The position numbers and the translations under genes were made by a program. A stretch of DNA of 64,000 nt, taken from the NCBI GenBank assembly GCA_964016885.1, contig OZ024740.1:200880001-200944000 (forward strand), given 5' to 3'. Below are positions 14,454 through 29,610 of this stretch, in pieces. This DNA is from Eledone cirrhosa (Eukaryota). The notes beneath the pieces were generated by a model. It did not search any database. It saw only the letters and a list, made by a program, of their open reading frames with translations, and was not told where the DNA came from. Position 1 is the first letter of the stretch; the number at the start of each line of letters is the position of its first letter.

Positions 14454-14512
14454 TTCATCCTGATGATTGAAAGTGAACATTTTTTGCTTTTAAGAAACCA
14501 CTGGTAAATGGA
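14454..14512 (+). ncRNA. Type I hammerhead ribozyme motif, family H1 (plus-strand copy)
   Basis: ttcatc-CTGATGA-ttgaaag..cttttaa-GAAAC-cactg-GTA-aatgga. Confidence 0.8.
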
Positions 14513-14564
14513 ATAATTGACATATGTTGTTTATTGCATAACTATATATATATATATATATATT

Positions 14565-15083
14565 AATATGTATTGTTTTATGTGAAACCTTTGCCACACT
14601 GTGATATATATGCCTAGTACCATTGCTTGTTTTTTACCTGGTTATTCTGTATATGCATAATTCCTCTGCACTCTTTCTATACGTTTGCCTATGTACTGCT
14701 AATGTCCTCATTTTATGAGTAACTTTCTTCTTTAATTCCTCTATAATTGTTGTATTATTCTTTTATAATCTTTGTCGCATCCACTGATACTGACTACATC
14801 ATCTTCACTCTTTAAATATTACACTGTTAATAACAACAGTAATATCTACGATTCTTTACAATCGTTCTGTGGAATAGGAGGTTAATTATATGTCTAAACT
14901 TTGCCAGTGCTCCGATGAAACCAAACGAAAGTTTGGAAGAAACGATTGTCAGCAATAAAATGTTTTGAACATAGTTTTGATTATTCTGTTATTTATATTC
15001 CGGCTCTGTAAAACATCTGATGTGTTTACATTGAGCTATTTTTGTTACTGGTAATAAAGTGATGATGAATTACTGACCTTTCC
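14565..15083 (+). mobile_element. Penelope-like 3' end / pLTR fragment (H4 family)
   Basis: HHR followed by aataaa and a ~130-bp tail homologous to 59955-60085. Flanked by TA-rich repeats. Confidence 0.65.
14908..14954 (+). ncRNA. Minimal hammerhead motif, CCGANGA variant (H4)
   Basis: tgct-CCGATGA-aa-ccaaac-gaaa-gtttgg-aa-GAAAC-gatt-GTC-agca. Confidence 0.75.
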
Positions 15084-15183
15084 TATTTATAATTATATAT
15101 AATGTATATATAATTATAAATAATATTATTATTATTATATGAATATGTATGTATACCTTCACAACAGACACCTTTATATGTAT

Positions 15184-15872
<689 letters not shown>

Positions 15873-17146
15873 TCTGTCGAGGTAGACACTAAAGTCCATC
15901 CCTCGATCCGTCCCGCCGCTGCCCCCGAACAGCTGTGCGAAGTGTCGCTGAAAAGCTTCAAACATTTGCCCGGGGTCGAGTAGCATGCGCCCGTCGTGGT
16001 CCACCAAAGACCGGATCGTGGCTTTGTTGCCACGACACGCCTCCGCCACATGGGCCCATTGATCGGCTTTCGTCCCCACGTGTCTGAGAGCACGCACCCT
16101 AGCTCTGACAACGCAGCCTTCGTGCTTTGCATTGAAGAATTGGTCAAGGGCCAATTTCGCCGCAAGTACGTCGGTCGCGATGTCTTTGCTAAGCGCCTCG
16201 TCTAATTTTCCAAATAGTTCTCCCTCTGCTCTATTTTTCTCTATTGCTAAAGCCTTACTAAACCTAATGGACTCTATTCTAATCGCTCTTTTCAGAGCAA
16301 ACCACCACTTATGGTTGACGATGGCCCCCCGTCAACGCCCGCTTACCTAGTTCGCTAATCTGGTTTCTATAGGCCTTGCGCGCTGGTAAGGACGCGTTTA
16401 GCTTCCAGTAGCCGGGTCCTCGTCTATGAAGCCTATCTAAGTCAAGCATACAGATCACGAATTTGTGGTCAGTGTAGCTGACTATCTTGAATTGTGGAGA
16501 GCCTATGCTGGGCCTATCTATTTCCCTACAAAATACTCTATCTAGATATGATCTGGATGACCCTATGCGATTTGTCCAAGTCCACATTGGCACATTGTGG
16601 AAATCCAATCGGTACCTGTCAGACAGTTCAAAACGCCTGAGCAGGTTGGTGAGGCTCTTGCACCCTCCTCCCCTATCCGCTAATCCCACACAGTCTCAGC
16701 GTGCATCTAAGATCCCGTTCCAGTCGCCCACTAACACTAAAGAGCGGGACGTTCCAAGAAAGGTCTCCGGACGCCGGAAGAAATCAGGCCGCCCTGCTCC
16801 TGTCGGGGCATAGACGGCCACTAGCGTGAAAGGTTGCCAGTCTCCACTGGTCACGTTCAGCACCACCAACTTACCCTCTGGGTCCAGGAAGATGGCTCGT
16901 ATGGCGAGATCCAAACCTCTCCGAAAAAGCACAGCAACTCCGCCCCCCCGATCCAGGACGGCTGGGAGATGCGTACACATCGTAGCCGCCGAAGATCGGT
17001 GCGAAGGCCCGTGCTTCGGAGATTCTGGTCTCGCTGATGGCCACTACATCTATGTTTAGTGACCTGAGGTCGTTGAGCAGGTGGCCCTGCTTCCATGACG
17101 ACCCCAAGCCACGCGCATTTATGCTGCCTATTCTGAGTGAGGTCAT
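15873..17146 (-). pseudogene. Tx1-like ORF2 APE endonuclease and linker, broken
   Basis: Motifs spread over ORFs 16871-17146, 16696-16980, 16309-16689 and 15867-16154. Confidence 0.85.
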
Positions 17147-17670
17147 GTTGAAATGGAGTGGAAAAGATGGGAAAGACCACTTACCTTACTTCTCGTAGAG
17201 GAAGGATGCTTTGTCCATCCTTTTCACTGATTGTGGCCTCCTCCGGAAGGATGTCCTTATAAATCCTCCTGGAGAGTGCTTGTCGGAAGTCTCCGATGTC
17301 TTTGGGGAATTTTTGTTTTAGTGTCGTGTACGTTTTCTGTGTGATGCGAGTGATTTGTATGTGTGGAGGTGGTGTGAACTTTTGGTTTGTTGTGTAGTCT
17401 TTTTCTGTGATGCTGGTGTTGTGTTGGATGTGTAATAATTGGTTGTTGTTCAAATTTATTGCTGTGTAGTGTGTATCGTTTTGGTTGTTTTGTTTTGTTT
17501 GCGTTTGTTGTGGGTTTGTGTCTGTTTCGCTTTTTGGTGACTTTTGTGGTGTTGGTGATGGTGGTGTTGGGGATAATGATGGTGATGGTGTTGTTGGTGT
17601 TTGTGGTGATGGGGTTGGTCATGCTGGTGTGGATGGTGGCATAGCTGTCCTAACTTTTTTGTTTGATAGT

Positions 17671-18504
17671 TTATTTGTTTCCCTCTGTATTTTGTTTTTG
17701 GAGGGGGAAGGAAGGGGATTTTTTCTTTTTTGGTTTCTTTTTCTTTTTTCTTTTTTTTTCTGATACCGTTTCCCACTCCTCGTCGTCACAATCTGTCTTC
17801 AGTTGCGATAGGTCCGGGAGTGGAAAATCCTCCACGGGCGTTGCTTTTGGTTGTGGCGTGGTGGATGGTGTAGGCGCTGGTGCTAGTTCTGGCGCGTTGG
17901 GTGGTGGTGGTGTTGGTTTTGCTACTGTTGCTGGGGTTGTTGCTATTACAGTTGCTTCTGTTGTTACTGCTACAGTTGTTGCTGCCATTTCTGCTGCTGG
18001 TGGTGTTGATGGTTGAGTCACTGGGGTGGGTAAGAGAGGTGACCTCAACCTTTTAGCCTGAGGGCAGAAAGCCCTTAGGTGGGTTCTTTCACCACAAACG
18101 ACACACCTAGGCCTTCTGCCCTCGACGATTACGGTGAACTGGCTGCCGTCAGTGAGGTCTATTACCTCTGGGATCTCCTCAATGCTTTTTTGGTCCGCTT
18201 GGATCAGGAGCGCCATTCCAGATCCGGACCAGTTCTCCTGCTTTTCTTTCGCTATTTCGATTATCTTGGTGTTGGCCTCGATGCCGGCGAGGACGGCAGC
18301 CATTATCCTGGGAATTTCGATGGCCGGTGGAACGTGGGTCACCCTGATCTTCACGAGTCTCTGGCCACAATAGCTTGGGACGAGTGTGAAGTCGTCACTT
18401 CTTAATGGGGCCATGGAGTGTTCTCTGGCCTCCTGTGGTGTTTCAAAGAACACGTCCACGGTTCCATATTTCTTCCCACGTCTGATGTGGGGTTTTTTTC
18501 CCAC
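17671..18504 (-). pseudogene. Tx1-like ORF1 (gag-like, CCHC knuckle) fragment
   Basis: CX2CX4HX4C followed by a Pro/Thr-rich tail. Confidence 0.8.
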
Positions 18505-19342
18505 ACATGTCCCAAAGCTTTTTGGATTTGGGACTCGGATGCCCGTTCCACTCGGCGCGATTTTATGTTAATCGTCCGATAAGACACGGTGCATAGGCGC
18601 CGATGCTTCATTTTATTAGGTGGGTGGGTGAGGCTGACCCTGTACCCATCTTTCTTTACCATTCTTTTGGCCTCTTCTAATTCCTCCTGAGTTACCTGGA
18701 TCGCTTCGCACGTTTTTGCTACTCTCGCAAAAGACGGTAGTTTTCTTAATTTCATTGTTGCTGTTGTTGTTATCGTTATTTTTGTTATTGTTAATTTTAG
18801 TTTCAGTTGTGTTGGTGGTGGCGTCAGTGGTGTTCGGTGTGGAAGATTTCATTTTGGCTGAATTCGTTTCGATGTCAGGAGATAATTTATTTTTTCTTTT
18901 GTTTCTGTTGTCGCTGTGGTGGTTGTGGGGGTGGCGGCTTCAACACCTGCAGTCATTGGTAATGGCGGGAAATGAATGTCTGCCTGAGGCAAATTTAAAA
19001 TGTTGCTACTGCTTATATTTTTAGTGTTGGCAAACGTATTAATATTTTCAATGGTGGTGTCGGTATAAGGTGTTAGTTTGTGAGGAAGGCTCTCAGCTAC
19101 TGGGTTCAGCTGTGAGTCGGCCATGATTTTTCAAAGAAATTTTTTTTTTTTTTAAATAATTATAAAAGTTTAAATTTTGGGCTCAAGGCCCCAATCTTTT
19201 TGAGTGTCCTTTTCAGAAAACAATGTATGTGCACTTGTATACAGTTAACAATAAAAATTTTCCATAAATGGCAATTTTAAACAACTGAAAATAACAAACC
19301 TTTGTGGAGCTCACGATAATACGATTTACAACGTAGGTCGCC

Positions 19343-19397
<55 letters not shown>

Positions 19398-19924
19398 GTC
19401 TTGTGAAACTTTAGCATCTAAACAGACCGAAAAATAGATGCAAATAGACCTGATATAATACTGAAGGACTTTAAAAAGAGGGTATGCCTGCTAATTGATA
19501 TGTCCGTCCCAATAGACAAGAATGTATCTATAAAAACATTTGAAAAATTGAGCAAGTATAAGGACCTGGAGATAGAAATTGGAAAAATGTGGAAATTGAG
19601 AACTAAAACAATACCAGTGGTTGTAGGCGCTCTGGGAATGATACCTAAGGGGTCTAACGACTACTTATCGCAAATCCCAGGAAACCCGCGTATAGGAGAA
19701 ATACAAAAGATAGTACTAATGGGAACTGCCCATATACTAAGGAAGATCCTGTCAATATAAGTACATCACAAGTCTAAACACTAAGGATGCATGTGTGAAT
19801 ATGTGTGTTCTTTCTTGAACATGGCGGACCTTGTTGTCTCTTGAGGTCACTGGTTGTGACTTGGTGATAACTCGTATAAACATAAAGCAAGATAAATGCA
19901 AATAATAATAATAATAATAATAAT
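19398..19924 (+). mobile_element. 5'-truncated R4/Dong-type LINE copy in (AAT)n
   Basis: Near-identical to 24309-24836 (RLE C-terminus MSVPIDKN..ILSI and 3' UTR). (AAT)n on both sides. Confidence 0.92.
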
Positions 19925-20859
19925 AGACGCACGAGGTGGTAGAACGTCACGAAATTGCTCCCGTAAGTTTTTTGATTTTTAACATATTTAAATCAATTGT
20001 GAAAGAACAATTCTTAGCACAAATGTTGCATAAAGGCACCGAATGAGGTCCCATAAAGTTTCGGATCCATATTATATTGTTGTATCGCTCAAATATTCAA
20101 TTATGTATTATATATTTTGTATTCAAAAAAAGAAAATGGTTATAAATGGAACAAAACACCCTCTGTCTACACTATATAGAACAGCGGCAATTTCAATTTC
20201 ACCAACACCAGAAACTTGATACACTACCTATCCCATCACACTAAATATAACGGCAACTTCACCGGCATCATAATAATAATTACTATTATTATTGTCTCAA
20301 ATTTTAAAAAATGTTTAATTCAAATTTTACGGGAATATATCAACACAAAATATAATGAAAATATATATTAAACATACGAACACAAACTCATAGATACTAT
20401 ATCAGTAACCACAACACCACCGCTGCCACCACCCCACCACATCCATCATCGCCGCCACCACTCATTCAATGCTACTGACACTATTCCCCTGTTAACTTGA
20501 GAGAGAAAAGGGAAGGTGGTGGTAGCACTAGACAAGAGAGAGGCTAGCAAAAGATATAAATAGATTGACTTGGTGACCTTGCCACGGACAAACGTCTACA
20601 TCAACAATTATGGGACTGCTGGCTCACCCCTTCCTCACCAACAATATAAAAAGCCCCGGCACCACCACCGACATAGCCAGCAGCAATAACAGCCAACTAC
20701 AACAAAAAGTATATTATATTATTGTAATGCACTGGGTGATTGCTGGCCTTGTCCCTGGAGTGGAGACAATTATTAATAATTTCATTCTTAAGCCACGCAA
20801 TTTCTCACATTAAGGAACCACTCATGATAATAACAATTTAAAAAAAACAACAAAAAGAA

Positions 20860-23800
20860 AACCCCGTGACCAAGAAATACCGGGATGGCGGCCGGCGGGG
20901 AATAGCCATGTCTCTAGGGGAGAACGACCCCTCTAGTCTTGGTTGACACTCGTTCTAGAAGTGGTAACACGAAAAGATTACCCCTTGGCGGATAAGGATA
21001 AAACGCGACAAAATAAAGTAGATGTCTAATGATGAAATCTCATACCGGATCGGCCGTCACCCGGGTAAAAAAGGGCCGCGTCCCTCAGAGAGGAACCAGA
21101 CTGGGGTCGAAAAATCAGCTAATGGTTCAAACCTTCCCATCACTTCGGAGCTGGAGACCTCCCATAACCGGAATACTCCTACTGTTGGCCCTCCATGCTC
21201 ACCACCAAGAAATCCAAAGAAAAAGAGAGAAAAATGGTCAAGGGAAGATAATAAAGAAGTCCTTGAGGCTTTCTACACTGCCATGTACTACCCATCAAAT
21301 ACATCGAATACAGAGCAAACATATATCAACTGGAAAAAGAAACATCCCGAAAACAGAGGCTATATTGACAGTAACAAACTAGCCAATATACGAAGAAATA
21401 TTGTAAGAAAAAAGTTACTAACTGATATAGAAATTGATCAGATCAAGCTAGTAGCACAAAGTCAGCGAAGGGAGGATGAGGCATGTGTCGGTGGGAACGA
21501 GGTAAACTGTAACACTTCGAATCCCAGAGTTGGGGCGGAATCACTGGCAACAGAACAAATTAAAGAAAGGAGCGAAAAAGTGGAGGGAGTGCATGCTCAG
21601 GATGAAACTCCTAATGAAAATAATGAGATCGTAAATGATAAAGAAATGAATGAGAATGAACTTGCCAACTTGAAGGATGAAATTATGATCGAATGGATGA
21701 AAATGAAAGAATCTGACATGGGGGAACGAGACACCCTCCCTAAGATCCAGAACTCCAAACAGAACCAAAAGATAATACACAAGACTAACATAATTCTCAA
21801 AAACATTATCATCACAAACAAAATAAACATTACTGACTTAAATCATCTCTATTATGCATCGGCTAAAGTCACCACTCACTTATGTGGAGTGAAGATGAAA
21901 AAACAAAGGAATTCCCACAAGAAATCTACTTGGCAAGATAACATCAATCGCCAAATAAACCTTCTCCGATCTGACATAGAAATTTTAACAAACTATAAAG
22001 TAGGTGAACATGTTAAACAAACTAAACTTAGAAAATTGAAAAAAAAGTACAGTATAAGATCAACATGTGACATAGACATGCTGATAGAAACAATCAAGCA
22101 AAAAGTGTCGGCCAAAGCTGCTCGTATAAGGCGCTTTGAAAAACGATCTAGATTCTATAAGGACAATAATATGTTCAAAAACAACCAAAGAAACTTCTAC
22201 AGAAAAATTGGTAAGTCAACAATAACTGCTAAATCAATACCACCCAAGGAGGAAGTGCAAGAATTCTGGGAAAAGATCTGGGCCGAAAAAAAGTTCATAA
22301 CATACATGCCCCATGGATAGACAGACAAATGAAAGAAACAGCTCACCTTGAAGAACAAACATGGGAAAATATAACAGTTGAACAGCTGCGCTTGGCTCTA
22401 AGAAAAACCAGCAAATGGAAATCCCCAGGAAAAGACAAAATACAAAACTTTTGGATAAATGCCTTCACAGAGTCTCATGAGCTGTTAGCCCAACTTTACA
22501 ATGAAATAGTTAAGGAGCCAGAAAAGATACCATCATGGCTAGTTAACGGCATTACATTCCTGCTACCGAAGAATGATGAGACAACAATCCCAAAAATTAC
22601 AGACCGATAACCTGCTTGACCACAATGTATAAAATTTTAACATCAGTCCTAACTGAATACACATATGACCACCTGATAACAAATGACCTATTTCCCATTG
22701 AGCAGAAAGGGTGTAAACGAGGCTCATATGGCTGTAAGGATCTGCTTCTGGTTAACAAAATGATACTGGAAGATTGTCATAATAGACACAAAAATCTATC
22801 GATTGCTTGGATAGATTATAAAAAAGCATTTGATAGTTTGCCACACAGTTGGATTGAAAAATGTTTAGAGATTTTCAAAATATCCCCCGTTGTCAGGAGG
22901 TTTTTGTCATTCAGTATGAGGACATGGAGAACGACACTCCTTTTGAATAGTGAAACAAAATCACTGGAAGCTGGAGAAGTTAACATTAATTGTGGAATTT
23001 TTCAGGGTGACTCTTTATCACCGCTTTTATTCTGCATCGCACTTATACCATTAAGTAAAATGCTCAATGAAACAAAACATGGATATAGAGTCTATGACAA
23101 AACCATTAATCACCTGTTCTACATGGATGACCTGAAACTATTTGCAAAAAATGATGAACAATTGCAAGGGCTATTATCCACTGTGAAGCAGTTCAGTGAT
23201 GACATTAAAATGGAGTTTGGACTGGATAAATGCGCCAAAGCAACGTTCACCAGAGGAAAGCTGCTGAAGAGTTCAGACATTAATCTTGATCGGAGGAACG
23301 TGATAAGAGAGCTTGATCAAGAACAAACTTACAAATATCTAGGTGTTTGTGAAGGAGACGGAATCAAGCACTCGACAATGAGGGAAAGGATAAGGAAGGA
23401 ATGTTACCGCAGAGTCAGAGCAATCTTAAGAACGGAATTGAATGCAAGGAATAGGATCGATGCCATAAACACGCTTGCCATACCAGTAGTAACCTACAGT
23501 TACAATGTCATCAACTGGTCAAGCACAGAGATCCGTAGGCTCGATACAAAAATCCGAAAATTCTTAACCATGCACAGAATGCATCACCCTAAGGCAGACA
23601 TAGATAGAATATATCTCCCTAGGAAAGAAGGAGGACGTGGGTTAATCCAGTTAGACATTGCGTTGAAAACTGCAACAATTGGATTATCCACATATCTAAG
23701 GGAATCAAATGATTGGATGATCAAACTCGTTTTGAAACACGAAAGCACCAAAAGATCATATTCCATTACAAAAGATGCACAAAGATACAGTAATGGACTA

Positions 23801-24807
23801 CAAATTTCAGAAGTCCCATTTACTGCTGAAATGGAAAACGCAGAAAAAGCAAAGCAGGTAAAAGTAACTGCAAAGAAAGAACTGCTACAGAAACTGGCTA
23901 AGAAATGGCAAGAAAAGCCTCTGTATGGAAAATACCCAGAGCGAGCTAACAATCCTGATGTTGACAAAACTTTAACCCATCAGTGGTTGGCATCCTCTGG
24001 ACTGAAATCGGAGACTGAAGGACTGATTATATCCGCACAAGATCAGTGTCTGCCAACAAAAAATTACCAAGCCAACATAATAAAAAATGGGTGCAGCCCA
24101 TTATGCCGTGTATGCAAAAAACAACCAGAGACCATTGACCATATAATCTCAATGTGCAGTCCTATAGCTCCAACCGAATACCTAAACAGGCATGACAGAG
24201 CTGCACAATACATACATTGGATAATGTGTAAGCATTTTGACCTGCCCCATCAAAAGAATTGGTGGGAGCATCAACCACCTCCCATACTTGAAAAAGATCA
24301 CATCTCAATCTTGTGGAACTTTAGCATCCAAACAGACCGAAAAATAGATGCAAATAGACCTGATATAATATTGAAGGACTTTCAAAGGAGGGTATGCCTG
24401 CTAATTGATATGTCTGTTCCAATAGACAAGAATGTATCTATAAAAACATTTGAAAAATTGAGCAAGTATAAGGACCTGGAGATAGAAATTGGAAAAATGT
24501 GGAAATTGAGAACTAAAACAATACCAGTGGTTGTAGGCGCTCTGGGAATGATACCTAAGGGGTCTAACGACTACTTATCGCAAATCCCAGGAAACCCGCG
24601 TATAGGAGAAATACAAAAGATAGTACTAATGGGAACTGCCCATATACTAAGGAAGATCCTGTCAATATAAGTACATCACAAGTCTAAACACTAAGGATGC
24701 ATGTGTGAATATGTGTGTTCTTTCTTGGACATGGCGGACCTTGTCTCTTGAGGTCACTGGTTGTGACTTGGTGATAACTCGTATAAACATAAAGCAAGAT
24801 AAATGCA

Positions 24808-24836
<29 letters not shown>
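20860..24836 (+). mobile_element. R4/Dong-type RLE non-LTR retrotransposon, full length
   Basis: 5' UTR, a single long coding region with RT, CCHC and RLE, then a 3' UTR ending in (AAT)n. Confidence 0.9.
21022..24670 (+). CDS. RT + restriction-like endonuclease polyprotein with two -1 A frameshifts in homopolymers
   Basis: KSPGKD, YRPITCL (across a shift), EQKG, WIDYKKAFDS, GIFQGD, YMDDLK, YKYLG, CRVC..H....C, RHD, RPDI, K..KY.DL. Confidence 0.85.
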
Positions 24837-24837
<1 letters not shown>

Positions 24838-24838
<1 letters not shown>

Positions 24839-25305
24839 TGAATAGTTTAGGGTATAAAAATAACATCGAGAAGAAATGTAACTGTAGAAGGAAGTCAGAA
24901 TGTCCGTTACAAAATAACTGCTTTGTCAAGAATCTAGTACCATTAAGACAAATAATAATATATACAACTACATTGGTGCGACTTCATCTGAGTTTAAACT
25001 TCGTTGGTACAATCATAAAAATTCCTTTGCCCACAAAACATTTTCAACTCTCACAATTAATATGGTCTTTGAAGGACAAGAATATTAAATACTCCATCTC
25101 TTGGATACGGCTAAAAAATGCCAATTCCTATCGGAACGCTTCCATTTCGCCAAATTGCAATCTTTGCAATCTTGAGACTCTATTGATAATTACAAATTAT
25201 GACAATTTAATTAACAAGAAGAAAGAATTATTTAGCAGCTGTCAACATAGAACCAGTAAAACATTCCAAGCATTATACATGTTTCGAAAGAATATTGACA
25301 ATTAA
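24838..25305 (+). pseudogene. Naiad-type GIY-YIG endonuclease remnant
   Basis: CNC..CPL..C, YIGAT..FKLR (alternate frame), LSQLIWSLKD, CNLCNLE and LINKKKELFSSCQHR parallel the C-terminus of the 9872 ORF. Confidence 0.85.
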
Positions 25306-26030
25306 TAGTTTTTATAATAATTTTTATAAATATATTTATATTTATAATTTTTGCCTTACCGGAGTAATAATGTATTGATGTTTGATCTATTATAATAATT
25401 TCATCCTTAGTTTTTGATCAGGACAGTTCAACATTTAACTTGACAATTTTTGATTTATGGTTTAGAAATATCACTTGATTTCAGAGTAGATATATTGTTT
25501 AATGCTCACATGTGGTAAATGAGTTATCTTCCTTTTGTTTACATTCTTCGTAAATATTTTTATTCTGTTCGAATAGCTTGCTATTTTAATTTTTGACATA
25601 AATTATATAGTTGTATAATATAAGAATTTCTTTAAAAGGAAACGATAATAATTTGCAATTACTGAAGTAAATATAAATTAACGAAATAAAACTTTTGAGA
25701 GTAAATATAACTGAAATGTAATCCTGTAATTATATGATAATTAAAGATTTGAAACGATTTTATAAAGGTGTTATATGCATGTATTGTAATATATATTTTA
25801 ATACTGGTTTAATACTTATTTAAATATGCTTCAAAGATAAATTTTTTTAAATTGTAACAAAATACTTATGGAATATATTACCTAAACCAGAAATTAAAAT
25901 CTATAATGAGTTAAATTAAATTACATAAATTTTTAATTAAATAAATATGTGAAGGCTATGAAAAGTAATGTATATTGATTAATTTTGATATATTATATTA
26001 GTATAATTAGCTTAACCATAACCAAATAAC

Positions 26031-26075
26031 CAGTTACCATAGACCATTGAGATACTCAATGGTCTATGGTAACTG
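26031..26075. repeat. Perfect 21-bp-stem hairpin
   Basis: cagttaccatagaccattgag-ata-ctcaatggtctatggtaactg. Confidence 0.9.
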
Positions 26076-26794
26076 ATTGATTGCCTCAATTTACCTAATA
26101 TTTGAATACAACGGTTTTTTCTACATATTTCCCCCTCCCGCCATAATCTCCTTTGTCGTTATTTCTTCTTTCTTTCTTCTTTTTCTTCTTGTTTATATAT
26201 ATTTCTTTTTCAACCATCTATATATTCATTGATATATGTATTTTTTTTCTCTTTCTTTTTCTTTTTTTTTTCTTGCATCTCCTCTTCTTTACACACTCTG
26301 TTATATCTCTAATTCGCTCCACGTCCTTTTCTTCTTTAAGTTTATCATATTATTATTTGTGGTATATAAATGTTGAGATTTGATGAAATAAATCACTGCC
26401 AATACTGGAATTGAAATATCAAGACCGTACTGGAGGACGTATTGGAAAAAAAAAAACACAGTACCTTCTAAATATATATAATAAAATATATATTTTGATT
26501 ATGTGAATATCTTCAATTGTTAATATTTGAATAATATATATATACTGTATATATATATATATATATCTGTGTGCGTGTGTGTGTGTGCGTATGTGTGATG
26601 TGTGTGTATATATATATATGGGTATACATATATATTTATATTTATATGTATATATATATGTATGTGTGTGTGTGTGTGTGTGCGTGTGTGTGTGTGTGTA
26701 TATGTATATTATATGTGTATGTATAAATATGTATATTATGTGTGTATTTATATTATATGTGTATGTATAAATATATATATATTTATATGTACAT

Positions 26795-28063
26795 ATATCG
26801 GATTCGATATCGGATGTAAACACTACGCTCGCAATTCCTGAATGCATTACAGAAAACCATTGCAAAGTATATGGCAAACAGGGTCGGTGCTGGAATATTC
26901 CTCTGTTTCACTCCATTTTTTACTGAGATAGGCTCCGACATGTTACCTCCGACATTAACCCAAGCCTTCATGTCGTCATGGAAAGACCTAACTAAAGCAA
27001 GGAACTTATCAGGGCAACCAAGTTTCTGGAGAACCTTCCATAATGCATCTCTGTTAACAGTATCGAAAGCTTTTGTCAGATCGACAAAAACCTGATGCAG
27101 ATCCAAACCTTGTTCCATGCACTTCTCCTGGAGCTGCCTAGCTGAGAAGATCATATCAGTAGTGCCGCGTACAGCACGAAAACCAGATTGACTTTCAGGA
27201 AGAACACAATCTGCAATGTGTGTCAGCATACGGTCCAGAAGCACCCTACATAAAACTTTCCCTACGACAGAAAGCAATGATATACCTCTGTAGTTCCCAC
27301 AATCATTCCTGTTACCCTTTCCCTTGTACAAGACCACCATTACTGCATCTCTCCAGTCCTCAGGTACATATTCATTAGCCCATATCCTGCCAAACAAAGA
27401 GTGAAGATGTTGCAGGAGTCTCTCACCACCATATTGTAGGAGCTCAGCATGTATGCCATCCATACCTAGAGACCTTCCACTGTTCAGCTTCGAGATAGCC
27501 ACTGCAACCTCCACAAGCGTCGGAGGTTCTGAGAGAGCTACTTTCACAGGACTTTCTGGAATGAGATTGAGGAAATCTTCACTGACGACAGACGGCTGAT
27601 TCAAAAGATCATCAAAGTGCTCTCGCCACATTCGTAGAATTCCTTGTGAGTCATGAAGAAGTTCTTTGCCATCCTTTCTGCGAAGCGGTGTCACCAGAGA
27701 AGAAGACGGTCCATAAACCTCACGCAAGAGACTGTACAACAGCTTTGTGTTATTGGAATCTGACGCAGTTTGTATCTCACCAGACATCTCACTCCACCAC
27801 TGATCCTTCATCTGATAAAGACTCCGCCTAACACGTGATTTTACATCCTTGAGTTCCTCATGCAACGTATTTCTCTCCTGTGGTTTTTCCGTCAAGTAGC
27901 GTGACAGAGCACGCCTCTTATCAGCCAACAAGTCTTCTATATATACATCATTCTCATTAAACCAGTCCTGATGTTTTCCCTGCACCAATCCAAGAACACG
28001 CCTGCCTACATCATAAACCGACTTTTTAAGGGTCGGCCAATCCTCACCAAGATCTGCAGCCTG
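26795..28063 (-). mobile_element. RTE (BovB-like) LINE internal RT fragment
   Basis: QDWF, WREHF, DWRDA..LYKGKG..NYRGISLL, ESQSGFR..RGTTD, FVDLTKAFD, GVKQ. Both ends truncated by microsatellites. Confidence 0.9.
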
Positions 28064-28579
28064 TATACATACATACATACATACATACATACATACATAC
28101 ATACATACATACATACATACATGGTGGCTGCCAACTCGTTTTCGAGTACGGCCACTACTTTATATCCATGTAGGAGAACCCTTACCGATGCGCTGAACGA
28201 GTGTGACTTTTTAGTCCAGCCAGCGACTTGAAAACTCTGGTACAAACACTACACTTGTGACAATTACTGACACATAGTGCTGGGCCCATGGTACCATGTG
28301 ATTACAAGTGCAGACAGATCTCCAGATATAAAGCAATGCCTGTGCTGTGAAGCTTTTATAGTGAGCAAAGACACTGCACAAAGCCAGTCCCACTATCTTA
28401 ACTAAGATGATATTTACGAAAAAGAAGAATAGGTCAACATCATTGGATACCATCAGGGTTGCAGGTGTTATATCAGAGTTTTCCTTCTCCTAGAATTCTG
28501 CCTTGACAAAGGCTAAGGGGTCATGGCTCCCGGTGATTTTGGATGGCCATTGACTCTTAAGAGATCCTTTGCCCTTTGA
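28064..28579 (-). mobile_element. Short RTE-derived element with (TATG)n tail
   Basis: RTE-type C-terminal C2H2 ([17 protein letters not shown]) plus tail; ggagaaggaaaactctgat in the 5' part. Confidence 0.8.

Positions 28580-29593
<1,014 letters not shown>

Positions 29594-29610
<17 letters not shown>

Larger units (their letters stand above)
15873..19342 (-). mobile_element. Tx1/L1-clade non-LTR retrotransposon, 3'-truncated and frameshifted
   Basis: ORF1 pieces (19124 to ~17181) with zinc knuckle CVVCGERTHLRAFC. ORF2 APE endonuclease from 17146: INARGL, SET, GGGVAVLF, VYAP, GDWN, YLDR, TDHK, GYWKLN. No RT present. Confidence 0.9.

Noticed and set aside
26370-26430. TTGATGA...GAAAT as an HHR for the 24838 remnant
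   Set aside because: Stem III, the cleavage site and stem I cannot be formed together.
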